Of a stretch of 64,000 nucleotides of DNA, positions 38,954 through 47,416 are shown piece by piece. Positions within the stretch are counted from its first letter, which is position 1. Each line of letters starts with the position of its first letter. Source of the DNA: Pseudomonadota bacterium (lineage in GTDB: Bacteria > Pseudomonadota > Gammaproteobacteria > Burkholderiales > Casimicrobiaceae); contig WQUA01000001.1 in NCBI GenBank assembly GCA_009786025.1, forward strand, positions 32,076-96,075. Reading direction: 5' to 3'. The position numbers and the translations under genes were made by a program. The notes under the pieces are model-generated. The model had not been told where the DNA came from. It did not search any database and worked only from the letters and a program-made list of their open reading frames with translations.

Positions 38954-39901
38954 TTAAGAACCGGATTCCAATATCAGGCGGTGGCGCTCGATGAAATCTT
39001 TGGTGCTGTCGATGCCGCGCTGGTTCATAACGAAATTGCGCACGGCGGCTTCGACCAGTACCGCCAGGTTGCGCCCGGCGGCGACGGGGATCATCATCTT
39101 GCGGATCGGAACGCCGACAATGTCCTGATACGATGCTTCGGATCCGAGTCGGTCGAGGTTGGCGAAGGTTTCGTGATTGTGATCTTCCAGATGAACGATC
39201 AGGCGCAGTATCTTATGCGGTCGCACGGCAGTTTCGCCGAAGATTTGTTTGATGTTGAGAACGCCGATACCGCGCACTTCGAGAAAATCGCGCAACAATG
39301 GAGGGCAACGACCCTCAATCGTATCTGGCGAGATACGATGCAGCTCAACGATATCGTCAGCGACCAGCCCGTTGCCGCGGGTAATCAATTCCAGCGCCAG
39401 TTCGCTCTTGCCGATGGCCGAAGCTCCGGTAATCAGCACGCCCAGTTCAAGCACGTCAAGAAAGACGCCGTGGGTTGTGATGTATTCGGCCAATTCGCGC
39501 AGCAGGTAGAGGCGCAAGGTATCGACGACGTGAGGAGAGTGGCGCTTTGAAGCCAGCAGCGGCACATGGTGCTCATTGCAATAACGGCTGAGCAGCGGCA
39601 ACAGCAACGTTTCGTTGCCGGCGACAACGAGGGTGGCCAACTCTTTGGAGGCGAAAAGGCGCGTCATTGCTAACTCGCGGCGCTCTTCGCTTAGGCCCTC
39701 GAGGTAAGAGACTTCAGCGGCGCCCAGCACTTGCACATGGAACGTGTGAATCAGATTCAGGTGTCCGATCAGGCTGGTGGCGGGGTGCTTGATCTCTTCG
39801 CTTTCCAGCAGGCGGTGCGCGCCTGTTTGCCCGGCGACCCAGTCCAGCTGCAAACGCTCTTTGTTGTCGTTGAACAGTTTTTCAATGGTGATCGTACGCA
39901 T
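38954..39901 (-). CDS. hprK: HPr kinase/phosphorylase
   Basis: Track ORF 38954..39952. I trimmed the start to the ATG at 39901 (MRTITIEKLF). It has the P-loop GASAIGKSE and the LEVRGIG signature. Confidence 0.9.
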   Translation of the reverse strand: MRTITIEKLFNDNKERLQLDWVAGQTGAHRLLESEEIKHPATSLIGHLNLIHTFHVQVLGAAEVSYLEGLSEERRELAMTRLFASKELATLVVAGNETLLLPLLSRYCNEHHVPLLASKRHSPHVVDTLRLYLLRELAEYITTHGVFLDVLELGVLITGASAIGKSELALELITRGNGLVADDIVELHRISPDTIEGRCPPLLRDFLEVRGIGVLNIKQIFGETAVRPHKILRLIVHLEDHNHETFANLDRLGSEASYQDIVGVPIRKMMIPVAAGRNLAVLVEAAVRNFVMNQRGIDSTKDFIERHRLILESGS

Positions 39902-40098
39902 TTTGGATTCCCGGTGGTGTCGGGGCAATATATAACAATGATCGCTTCTCAAGGAAACGGCTTGAAAATCTATTATGCCATTGAATCAAAGATCAGTGAT
40001 GCCGGGAACAGAACATGGGTATTTGTGTGGCATTCTCCGGCATCCTTTCTTCGCCGAAAAAAGACCAGATGATCTAACTGCTGGCCTCGAACACAATG

Positions 40099-40452
40099 TC
40101 AAGTTGTTGGCACGATCGGGTACGGAACACTTGCCAGCTCAAACAACAGACGATTGATTGAGTCGGCAGGAATCGAGACTGCAATATCCCAGGTTTCATC
40201 GTCACTTCCTGCGAGAATGGTCATGTGTTCCTCATCGGCGCACCAGGATACAGCCAGAGGGCCAATAGCTCCTGCGCGGATAGATTTTCGCTGGCTCCAG
40301 TCTGCTTCGCGGATACGTGTCAAAAGATCAAGCTCTTCGGCGAGCATGAGAACATTCATCTCTATATTAGCGGTTTGAACCTTGATGCAATAGCGCGCCG
40401 AGCCGTCTGCGGCAAACCCGGGTTCAATGCTGAATGTTGTTTCGTTTTCCAT
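40099..40452 (-). CDS. hypothetical small acidic cytoplasmic protein (117 aa)
   Basis: ATG-started ORF in an AT-richer insert between ptsN and hprK. It has no signal peptide or TM segment, is Asp/Glu-rich, and I recognise no family. Confidence 0.5.
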   Translation of the reverse strand: MENETTFSIEPGFAADGSARYCIKVQTANIEMNVLMLAEELDLLTRIREADWSQRKSIRAGAIGPLAVSWCADEEHMTILAGSDDETWDIAVSIPADSINRLLFELASVPYPIVPTT

Positions 40453-40496
40453 ATGGCTTGGTTGCGACAGCGAGGTCGTTCGCTACGAGCGATTTA

Positions 40497-40910
40497 TCAG
40501 ACGTTCTCGTAATCCTCAAAGGCGGTTTCAATATCATAGCCATCAAACAGGCAGAATGCAGTGTACGAAATCTGGAAAATCCATTCTTCAAGCTGCACCG
40601 AATCTTCGATTGAAATGAAGCCGTTTCTCCGAAGCATTCCCTGTGGTTCTACACCCCAGGCTCTTCCGAGGTGGCAGATGCTCCAGAGGGTGGCAATGAT
40701 CTCACGGTCGATTGAGGGGGCTTGTTGGAGTTGTGGCGCCAATACTTTCAGGCATTGCATCACTTCATGGAAGTTTTTTGCATTGAGTCCGGTATATGGA
40801 CGCAGGCTGCCCAGAAAACCACTCCTCCACTTTGGATGATTCACATCCTCATGTTTGCAAGAATGGAACTGGAGAAGCTCGCGCGCGGATTTAGCGGACA
40901 AAGAATTCAT
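40497..40910 (-). CDS. hypothetical small cytoplasmic protein (137 aa)
   Basis: Track ORF 40497..40940 starts at TTG. The ATG at 40910 (MNSLSAKSARELL) follows GGGAAG. It has an acidic C-terminus and I recognise no family. Confidence 0.5.
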   Translation of the reverse strand: MNSLSAKSARELLQFHSCKHEDVNHPKWRSGFLGSLRPYTGLNAKNFHEVMQCLKVLAPQLQQAPSIDREIIATLWSICHLGRAWGVEPQGMLRRNGFISIEDSVQLEEWIFQISYTAFCLFDGYDIETAFEDYENV

Positions 40911-41042
40911 GAAACAGCTTCCCTGGGCATCTAACACCAAAGCGCATAAGTCGGAGCAGGCGCAGCGAACCCCAGTATCGTTTTCCGTCGCTCACACGGG
41001 TTGGATGTTCACGCGGAGAGGTGAGGCGGTTGAACTCCGTCT

Positions 41043-41537
41043 TTACTGTTTTTCTTTGCGCCCATATTGTTGCAAAAGAGCAAAAACCGCGGCATCGTCG
41101 GCGGCGGCATGAAGACTGTCGCGGAAAGCGCGGTCGCCGACCAGTTGTGCAAGTTCGGAGAGCAATTGCAAATGTTGCTCGGTGGCGTGTTCGGGAACGA
41201 GCAGAACGAAGAAAAGGTCAACCGGCTTTTTGTCGGGGGCATCGAAGTCGATCGGCGATTGTGTCCGCAAGAAGGCGGCGCGCGCCTGAGCCAGATTTTT
41301 GATGCGGCCGTGTGGAATGGCGACGCCTTGTCCCAGTGCCGTTGACCCCATTTTCTCGCGGATTTCTAGGGCGTCGATCAGCGGTTTGGCTGTCAAGCCT
41401 TCGCGGGCGAACATCGCGCCGATTTCAGCGAAAAGTTCGGAGCGGTTGCGAGCAACGACATCGGTTTCGATATGCGCCGGAGTCAGCAGCGAAAGAATCG
41501 ACAAAGAAGAAGGCGAAAAGGCGGTGTTGGCGTTCAT
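41043..41537 (-). CDS. ptsN: PTS-Ntr EIIA (nitrogen regulatory protein PtsN)
   Basis: Track ORF 41043..41567 starts at TTG, with an ATG at 41537. It has the EIIA-Ntr active-site block (GVAIPHGR) and lies after hpf in the conserved position. Confidence 0.85.
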   Translation of the reverse strand: MNANTAFSPSSLSILSLLTPAHIETDVVARNRSELFAEIGAMFAREGLTAKPLIDALEIREKMGSTALGQGVAIPHGRIKNLAQARAAFLRTQSPIDFDAPDKKPVDLFFVLLVPEHATEQHLQLLSELAQLVGDRAFRDSLHAAADDAAVFALLQQYGRKEKQ

Positions 41538-41664
41538 GGCGATATCGGCGGCGGAAGTCAACAGCAAAAGTCACATTATCGTGGAGAACCGACAAGAGAT
41601 TTGCCGGTTCATCCGCGTTCAGCAGAAAATTATACGCCGTAAAATAAAGCGCCGCTATTTCGCT

Positions 41665-41997
41665 CTACTTTGTCGTTGCGACCATTCGCTTGATGGAGGG
41701 CGTTTTGGCGCGCTGGCCGATACGCCGTTCTTTTTGCTTCAGTACCAGCCGATCCAGTTTGTCAATGATATTGTCAATGGCAGCGTACATGTCGGTATCA
41801 ATGCTCTCGGTGTGGAGGTCTTTGCCGGCAATATGTAGCGTGGCTTCGATTTTGTGTTGCAACTTGTCGGTGGAAAGAATCACGTTGACATCAATGACTT
41901 CGTCAAAGTGACGGGTAATCCGTTCCAGTTTCGATGTCACGTAGTCCCTGATCGGTGGCGTGATATCGAGGTGATGTCCGGTCAGTTGAAGATTCAT
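41665..41997 (-). CDS. hpf: ribosome hibernation promoting factor
   Basis: Track ORF 41665..42072. I trimmed the start to the ATG at 41997, which follows AGGAG. The N-terminus MNLQLTGHHLDITPPIRDYV is canonical for HPF/YhbH. Confidence 0.9.
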   Translation of the reverse strand: MNLQLTGHHLDITPPIRDYVTSKLERITRHFDEVIDVNVILSTDKLQHKIEATLHIAGKDLHTESIDTDMYAAIDNIIDKLDRLVLKQKERRIGQRAKTPSIKRMVATTK

Positions 41998-42082
41998 AAA
42001 ACACTCCTTGAGAAAAACAAAACTCCGCCCCAGAGATACGAGGCAACGGTGATGCGACATGCAAACTTTCAATTATATATCA

Positions 42083-43540
42083 TCAAAGCTCCTTTCGCTG
42101 GTGGGCGGGCGGAATGGATAAAGCCTCACGGTATTTGGCGACGGTGCGCCTTGCCACCATAATACCCTCTTTGCCGAGCAGTTCGGTAATCTTCTGATCG
42201 GAAAGCGGCGCAGCAGCAGGCTCGGCTTCGATGAGCTTTTTGATGAGTGCGCGGATGGCGGTCGATGAGGCGGCGCCGCCGGTGCTGGTAGCGAGATGGC
42301 TACCGAAGAAATATTTGAGTTCGACGGCGCCTTGCGGCGTCAGCATGTATTTTTGTGTCGTGACTCGCGATACGGTCGATTCGTGCAGACCCAGCAGGTC
42401 GGAGATATCCTTCAAGATCATCGGTCGCATGGCGACGGCGCCGTGATCGAAAAAGCGCTGTTGCCGCTCGACGATGGCCTGCGAGACGCGCAGGATGGTA
42501 TCGAAACGCTGCTGGATGCTGCGCAGCAGCCAGCGCGCTTCCTGCAAACGGTTCGACCACATTGAAGAGGCAACGTTTTTCGCCGAAAGCATTTCGGCAT
42601 AGGCGGCATTGATGTGGATTTTGGGGACGGCGTCGTCGTTCAGCCGAGCTACCCAACGGTGACCCTGTTTGCGTACGATGATGTCCGGAATGATGGTGTT
42701 CGTCCGGTTATTGTCGAACGCGCTTCCCGGTTTTGGATTCAGGTGGCGGATGAGAGCACAGGCGTCACGCAGCAGGTCTTCACGAACGCGGGTTGCTTTT
42801 TTCAGCCCGGCGAGATCGTGAGCGGCCAGCAGCGGCAAATGCCGCTCAACGATGACCAGCGCCGTACGTTGCGCCGGGCTGTCGGGCAAAGCGCGCAGTT
42901 GCAGCGCCAGACATTCGCCCGGCGTGCGCGCGCCGATACCGACCGGGTCGAAATCCTGGAGGATGTGTAAAGCATCATCGAAGCATTTTTGTGTTAATTT
43001 TTTGGGTGACGAAAGGCATTCGCGGAACGCTTCGAAGGTCGTTGTCAGGTAACCGTTATCGTCGATTTCGTCGATCAATGCTTCGGCGACAATACGGGTA
43101 TCGTCATCGGCGGGAGTAAGCGCCAGTTGCGACAATAAATGCTCGCGCAGCGACGTGCCGGAGGCGTATTGAAACGCATATTCTTCGTCCATCGCCGCTA
43201 GTCCGCCCTCGTCACTGGTCAGTACAAAATCTTCTTGTTCCAGCGGTTTAGAGACCTCAAAATCATCCAACGCATCGGAAGGCTCATAGGCTTCAGCGCT
43301 TCCCGCTTCTTCGGCTGAATAATCGACGGGCGTTTCCGACGTATCGGGAACATCGAGGGAGGTTTCAAGCGCATTGCGGCCGCCATCGGCATCTTTTTCG
43401 AGCAGCGGGTTATCTTCGAGCGCACGCTCGATCTCTTCATTCAGCTCCAGCGTGGAAAGTTGCAGTAGCCTTATTGCCTGTTGCAGTTGCAGCGACAATG
43501 TCAGCTGTTGCGAAGTCTTGAGGTTGAGCGTCTGCTTCAT
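42083..43540 (-). CDS. rpoN: RNA polymerase sigma-54 factor
   Basis: Track ORF 42083..43678 overlaps lptB. The ATG at 43540 gives MKQTLNLKTSQQLTLSLQLQQAIRLLQLSTLEL. An RpoN box (ARRTVAKYR) lies near the C-terminus. Confidence 0.95.
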   Translation of the reverse strand: MKQTLNLKTSQQLTLSLQLQQAIRLLQLSTLELNEEIERALEDNPLLEKDADGGRNALETSLDVPDTSETPVDYSAEEAGSAEAYEPSDALDDFEVSKPLEQEDFVLTSDEGGLAAMDEEYAFQYASGTSLREHLLSQLALTPADDDTRIVAEALIDEIDDNGYLTTTFEAFRECLSSPKKLTQKCFDDALHILQDFDPVGIGARTPGECLALQLRALPDSPAQRTALVIVERHLPLLAAHDLAGLKKATRVREDLLRDACALIRHLNPKPGSAFDNNRTNTIIPDIIVRKQGHRWVARLNDDAVPKIHINAAYAEMLSAKNVASSMWSNRLQEARWLLRSIQQRFDTILRVSQAIVERQQRFFDHGAVAMRPMILKDISDLLGLHESTVSRVTTQKYMLTPQGAVELKYFFGSHLATSTGGAASSTAIRALIKKLIEAEPAAAPLSDQKITELLGKEGIMVARRTVAKYREALSIPPAHQRKEL

Positions 43541-43562
43541 GCGCATCTTTGCCTGCGTCCGG

Positions 43563-44285
43563 TCACAGACGGAAGTGTTCCCCCAAGTACACTTTGCGCA
43601 CTGCTTCGTCGTACACGATGGCTGACGGCGCGCCGGAAGCCAGCACGCTGCCTTCGTTGATAATGTACGCGCGGTCACAAATACCCAGCGTTTCGCGCAC
43701 GTTATGGTCGGTGATCAAAACGCCAATATCACGCTCTTTCAAAAAGCGAATGATGCGCTGAATGTCGAGAACTGCTATCGGATCGACGCCGGCGAACGGC
43801 TCGTCGAGCAGAATGAAATGAGGACGCGAAGCCAGCGCGCGGGCGATCTCACAACGCCGCCGTTCACCGCCGGACAGTGAGATCGCCGGTGCGTCGGCGA
43901 GGTGACTGATCGACAAATCTTCGAGTAACGCATCGAGGCGGTTGGAGAGAGCGTCTTCATCGAGACCTTGTAACTCCAGAATGGCGCGAACGTTTTCGGC
44001 AACAGTGAGTTTGCGAAAGATCGACGCTTCCTGCGGAAGATAGGCAAGGCCGCGGCGTGCCCGTAAGTGGATCGGTTGGTGTGAAATGTTTTCGCCGTCG
44101 AGTTCAATGCGGCCACCGTCGGCGGAGATCAGACCGACGATCATGTAGAAGCACGTAGTTTTGCCGGCGCCGTTGGGGCCGAGTAACCCGACAACTTCGC
44201 CGCGCGCAACCGACAGTGATACATCGTGAACGACGGTGCGCGCCTTATAACGTTTTTTGAGTTGATGGGCGGATAACGAGCTCAC
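43563..44285 (-). CDS. lptB: LPS export ABC transporter ATP-binding protein
   Basis: Walker A (GPNGAGKTT), the LSGGERRR signature and Walker B ([11 protein letters not shown]). It lies immediately upstream of rpoN. Confidence 0.95.
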   Translation of the reverse strand: MSSLSAHQLKKRYKARTVVHDVSLSVARGEVVGLLGPNGAGKTTCFYMIVGLISADGGRIELDGENISHQPIHLRARRGLAYLPQEASIFRKLTVAENVRAILELQGLDEDALSNRLDALLEDLSISHLADAPAISLSGGERRRCEIARALASRPHFILLDEPFAGVDPIAVLDIQRIIRFLKERDIGVLITDHNVRETLGICDRAYIINEGSVLASGAPSAIVYDEAVRKVYLGEHFRL

Positions 44286-44908
44286 CGTGGCTCCAGTGTG
44301 GTGTCGGGTTTCAGGGGCACGGCAGATTTTGGCTGCGGTAGTTTGCTTTCGCCGTCCTTGCCTTTCGGTTGGAAAGTGCCGCGAACGCGTTCTGCTGATG
44401 GCGACGAACTTCCTTGCGGCAACGTCGAATCAGGGCGGCCTTCGGCGCGGAAGGTCTCGGTGGCGCTGTTGTAGTAAATGTAATTGCTGCGAATTTCGTC
44501 AATGCCCTGTTTGAGCAACGCCTGATCAAATAGTTCCAGCACGTCTTTTCGGCCATCATATTCGGCGCGCAGCGCGTAGCCCTCGACGTATTCATCGGAG
44601 CCGTCGCGCTTTTGCCGGAAGCTCACGGGCTTGCCGTAAGCGGACGCTGACAGTGTGTTGTCCGGGTTTTGCCGGAGCACAACACGGTCGGCGTGGATGC
44701 TCATGGTGCCCTGGGTGATGATGACATTACCCGACAAGGTAGCGACTTTGGTTTCATAGTTGACTGCGTCGCTTTTGTCGGCGGAGAACTGAATCGGTCG
44801 GTCACGATCACCGCGCTCGGCATGAGCCAACATCGCGCCGAATAGACAGCCGAGCAGCAAAAGGCTCCGGAGGCATTGTCGAAAGAAAGAAGAAAGAAAG
44901 AGGCACAT
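44282..44908 (-). CDS. lptA: LPS transport periplasmic protein LptA
   Basis: Track ORF 44282..44923 starts at TTG. The ATG at 44908 gives a signal peptide. The body is OstA-like (beta-jellyroll type sequence). It overlaps the lptB start. Confidence 0.8.
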   Translation of the reverse strand: MCLFLSSFFRQCLRSLLLLGCLFGAMLAHAERGDRDRPIQFSADKSDAVNYETKVATLSGNVIITQGTMSIHADRVVLRQNPDNTLSASAYGKPVSFRQKRDGSDEYVEGYALRAEYDGRKDVLELFDQALLKQGIDEIRSNYIYYNSATETFRAEGRPDSTLPQGSSSPSAERVRGTFQPKGKDGESKLPQPKSAVPLKPDTTLEPR

Positions 44909-44919
44909 GGCAAAAAGAG

Positions 44920-45552
44920 TCAATGGCGTTGTTGGCGTTGTAGATGTTGTGGTTGGAAAGTTCCCTGAACATTGGAATGAAGCCTGACGATATGGGTGTT
45001 GCGATCCAAGTCCATACCGACCGATTCAATGCGGCTGCTCGGTGATACCAATGATACTTTCTGATCGGTTTGCACGGTATTGTCGTTAGGGCGCACATGC
45101 AGGTATTCAGTATGCAGCGTCAGCGACTCGCCGGGAAGTCCCTCTTGCCGAGAGTCGCCGGACGGCGCATCGCGGATGGCGGTGACAGCGCCGCGCAGGT
45201 ACAAATCCTGACGGTCGCCGCTGATCTGTGCGCGGTCGGCCGTCAGCGTAAAACGCGGTTGCCCCGGGCTTTGCAGGATGATCTGCGGTTGTTCAAGCTC
45301 GACCGAATCGTTATCGGGAAAGTGCTCAGCGCGAACGGCAGTCAATTGTTGTTGTGGCGCACCATCGGCGCTGAATTGGGTGGCGTGAAAATTTTCGATG
45401 AAAAGATCGGGCGTATGACGCCGTGCGGGATCTCGTCCGTCCGGCATCTGAATTTGGGTGCTGAGCCAATACGTCAACGCCGCCAGCGCCGCCAGAAACA
45501 GCAGCGGCGACCAGGAAACCCAACGGTAGATACGATCTCGCAGTGTGATCAT
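44920..45552 (-). CDS. lptC: LPS export system protein LptC
   Basis: Track ORF 44920..45558 starts at TTG, with an ATG at 45552. It has a single N-terminal TM anchor and sits between kdsC and lptA. Confidence 0.8.
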   Translation of the reverse strand: MITLRDRIYRWVSWSPLLFLAALAALTYWLSTQIQMPDGRDPARRHTPDLFIENFHATQFSADGAPQQQLTAVRAEHFPDNDSVELEQPQIILQSPGQPRFTLTADRAQISGDRQDLYLRGAVTAIRDAPSGDSRQEGLPGESLTLHTEYLHVRPNDNTVQTDQKVSLVSPSSRIESVGMDLDRNTHIVRLHSNVQGTFQPQHLQRQQRH

Positions 45553-45559
45553 CGTCAAC

Positions 45560-45700
45560 TCTATGACTCACTCTCCTTGCGGGAGAGGATGGGCGAGATA
45601 ACCCTCCGCAGCTTTCGACGGCGCCCTCCTTGAAAAGGGGGCAAACCGGGAACGGGTAGGAAGCGGGGGAATGTAAGAAAAAACATCATAACTATGGAAT
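45560..45700. repeat. repeat-filled spacer between kdsC and lptC
   Basis: Contains CTCTCCttgcGGGAGAG (45571-45587) and CCCTCCttgaaaaGGGGG. These two genes are normally adjacent or overlapping. Confidence 0.55.
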
Positions 45701-45702
45701 TT

Positions 45703-46230
45703 TCACGCAGAACGCAACATGGACGTGTCGGGCGTTTTTCCCTGCGCCGTCAGAATCAGATCGCACACCTCGCGCACCGCGCCGTAGCCGCCTGGCTTTT
45801 GCGTCACATAATGAGCAGCCTGCTTGAGCGCCTCGGGCGCGTGTGGTACGGAGATCGCCAGTCCGCAGGCAGTCAGCAGCGGCAGATCGGGCAAGTCGTC
45901 GCCGATATAAGCACAGGTTTCCGGCGTGACATTCAGTTGTGCACACAACTCACGCCAGGGCGCCAGTTTGTCGAACACACCCATGATCACATGCTTGACG
46001 CCGAGCGCGCGAGCGCGGTGTGTGACCGCCGGGGCGCGGCTGCCGGTGATCCAGGCGATTTCAATACCGGCGCGTTGCAACAATTTGAGGCCGACGCCGT
46101 CAGTCGCAAAAAAAGCTTTCGACTCGACGCCGTCGTCGTTGAAATAAATGCGGCCGTCGGTGAGAACACCGTCCACATCGCAGATTAAAAGGCGAATGGC
46201 GGCAGCGCGTTTGAGCAGCATCGCATCCAT
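45703..46230 (-). CDS. kdsC: 3-deoxy-D-manno-octulosonate 8-phosphate phosphatase
   Basis: HAD motif (ICDVDGVLTDG) and a KdsC-like sequence. The ATG at 46230 overlaps the kdsD stop. Confidence 0.9.
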   Translation of the reverse strand: MDAMLLKRAAAIRLLICDVDGVLTDGRIYFNDDGVESKAFFATDGVGLKLLQRAGIEIAWITGSRAPAVTHRARALGVKHVIMGVFDKLAPWRELCAQLNVTPETCAYIGDDLPDLPLLTACGLAISVPHAPEALKQAAHYVTQKPGGYGAVREVCDLILTAQGKTPDTSMLRSA

Positions 46231-47234
46231 CACAAAATCCTCGCTCGAAAGAGATCGTGCATGTGCAACGCGCCGACCAGATGTTGCGCGTCATCGACGA
46301 CCAGCAGTTGCGAAATTTTCGGTGCGGTTTCCATCAGCGTCACCGCATCGACGGCCAACTGATCGGCGTGGATCGTGCGCGGCGATATTTTCATCAGTTG
46401 CCGTATCGGAATGGTCAACTCATGGTTTTGTTCGAGATAGCGGCGCAGGTCGCCGTCGGTAAAAATACCGACGACGCGGGCGTTGTCGTCGAGCACTGCG
46501 GTCATCCCCATGCCCTTACCGCTGATCACCACCAGCGCTTCCTGCAACGTCGCGGTTTGCGCAACCGTCGGCAGCGCATCACCGGTGCGCATGATGTCGG
46601 ACACGCGCGTCAACAGGCGACGCCCCAGCGATCCTCCCGGATGCGAGCGCGCAAAATCCTCGGCGGAGAAGCCGCGAGCGTCGAGCAACGCCAGCGCCAG
46701 CGCATCGCCCAGCGCCAGCGCGACGGTTGTGCTGGTTGTTGGCGCCAAACCAAGCGGGCAGGCTTCCGATTCGACCGAAGCGTCGAGATGAACATCGGCG
46801 GCGCGGGCGAGCGTCGAACTGACGTTACCAGTCATCGCGATCAACCCCGATCCCTCGCGCTTGAGATGCGGAATCAGCGCCACCACTTCGTCGGTTTCGC
46901 CGGAATTGGACAGCGCCAGCACCACATCCTGCGGCGTGATCATGCCGAGGTCGCCGTGACTGGCCTCTGACGGGTGAACGAAAAATGACGGTGTGCCGGT
47001 AGAAGCCAGCGTTGCGGCGATCTTGCGGGCAATGTGGCCGGATTTGCCCATGCCGGTGACGATGACCCGCCCCTGGCAATTGAGAATGCAGGTAACAGCA
47101 GCGGCGAAGGCGGGGTCAAGCCGCGCCGCCAACGCTTCAATTGCCCGAGCTTCGGTGGTCAACACTTGGCGGGCAAGCGCCAGCACATGCGTTGAGTCGG
47201 GGACAGCAGAAGAAAATGTAGAAAATCGTGTCAT
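46230..47234 (-). CDS. kdsD: arabinose-5-phosphate isomerase
   Basis: SIS domain (VTGMGKSGHIARKIAATLASTGTP) plus a C-terminal CBS pair. Confidence 0.9.
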   Translation of the reverse strand: MTRFSTFSSAVPDSTHVLALARQVLTTEARAIEALAARLDPAFAAAVTCILNCQGRVIVTGMGKSGHIARKIAATLASTGTPSFFVHPSEASHGDLGMITPQDVVLALSNSGETDEVVALIPHLKREGSGLIAMTGNVSSTLARAADVHLDASVESEACPLGLAPTTSTTVALALGDALALALLDARGFSAEDFARSHPGGSLGRRLLTRVSDIMRTGDALPTVAQTATLQEALVVISGKGMGMTAVLDDNARVVGIFTDGDLRRYLEQNHELTIPIRQLMKISPRTIHADQLAVDAVTLMETAPKISQLLVVDDAQHLVGALHMHDLFRARIL

Positions 47235-47385
47235 GGCTTAAGTATAACGCCAAGACTGGCATGATTCTCGCTTGTATATAAGTTTTTGCGGTGCAGGCGG
47301 GGTTTGCAAGAGGCAGGGGGCGGCCGGTGCCGCGCTCCTCCAGCGATGTCATCCAGTACGGGGCCACGATGCCGCGAAGAAGAAA

Positions 47386-47412
47386 AGCCCCTTCTCCCTG
47401 CTTGCAGGGGGC
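47386..47412 (-). terminator. intrinsic terminator after the bepA-like gene
   Basis: On the minus strand: AGCCCC..GGGGCT followed by TTTTCTTCTT. It doubles as a member of the CTCCC hairpin family. Confidence 0.6.
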
Positions 47413-47416
47413 TTGT

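Noticed and set aside
40108-40134. TGGCAC followed later by TTGC near the end of the small-ORF insert, considered as a sigma-54 promoter.
   Set aside because: The spacing between the GG and GC elements is 17 nt rather than the required ~5 nt, and the orientation faces away from any gene start.
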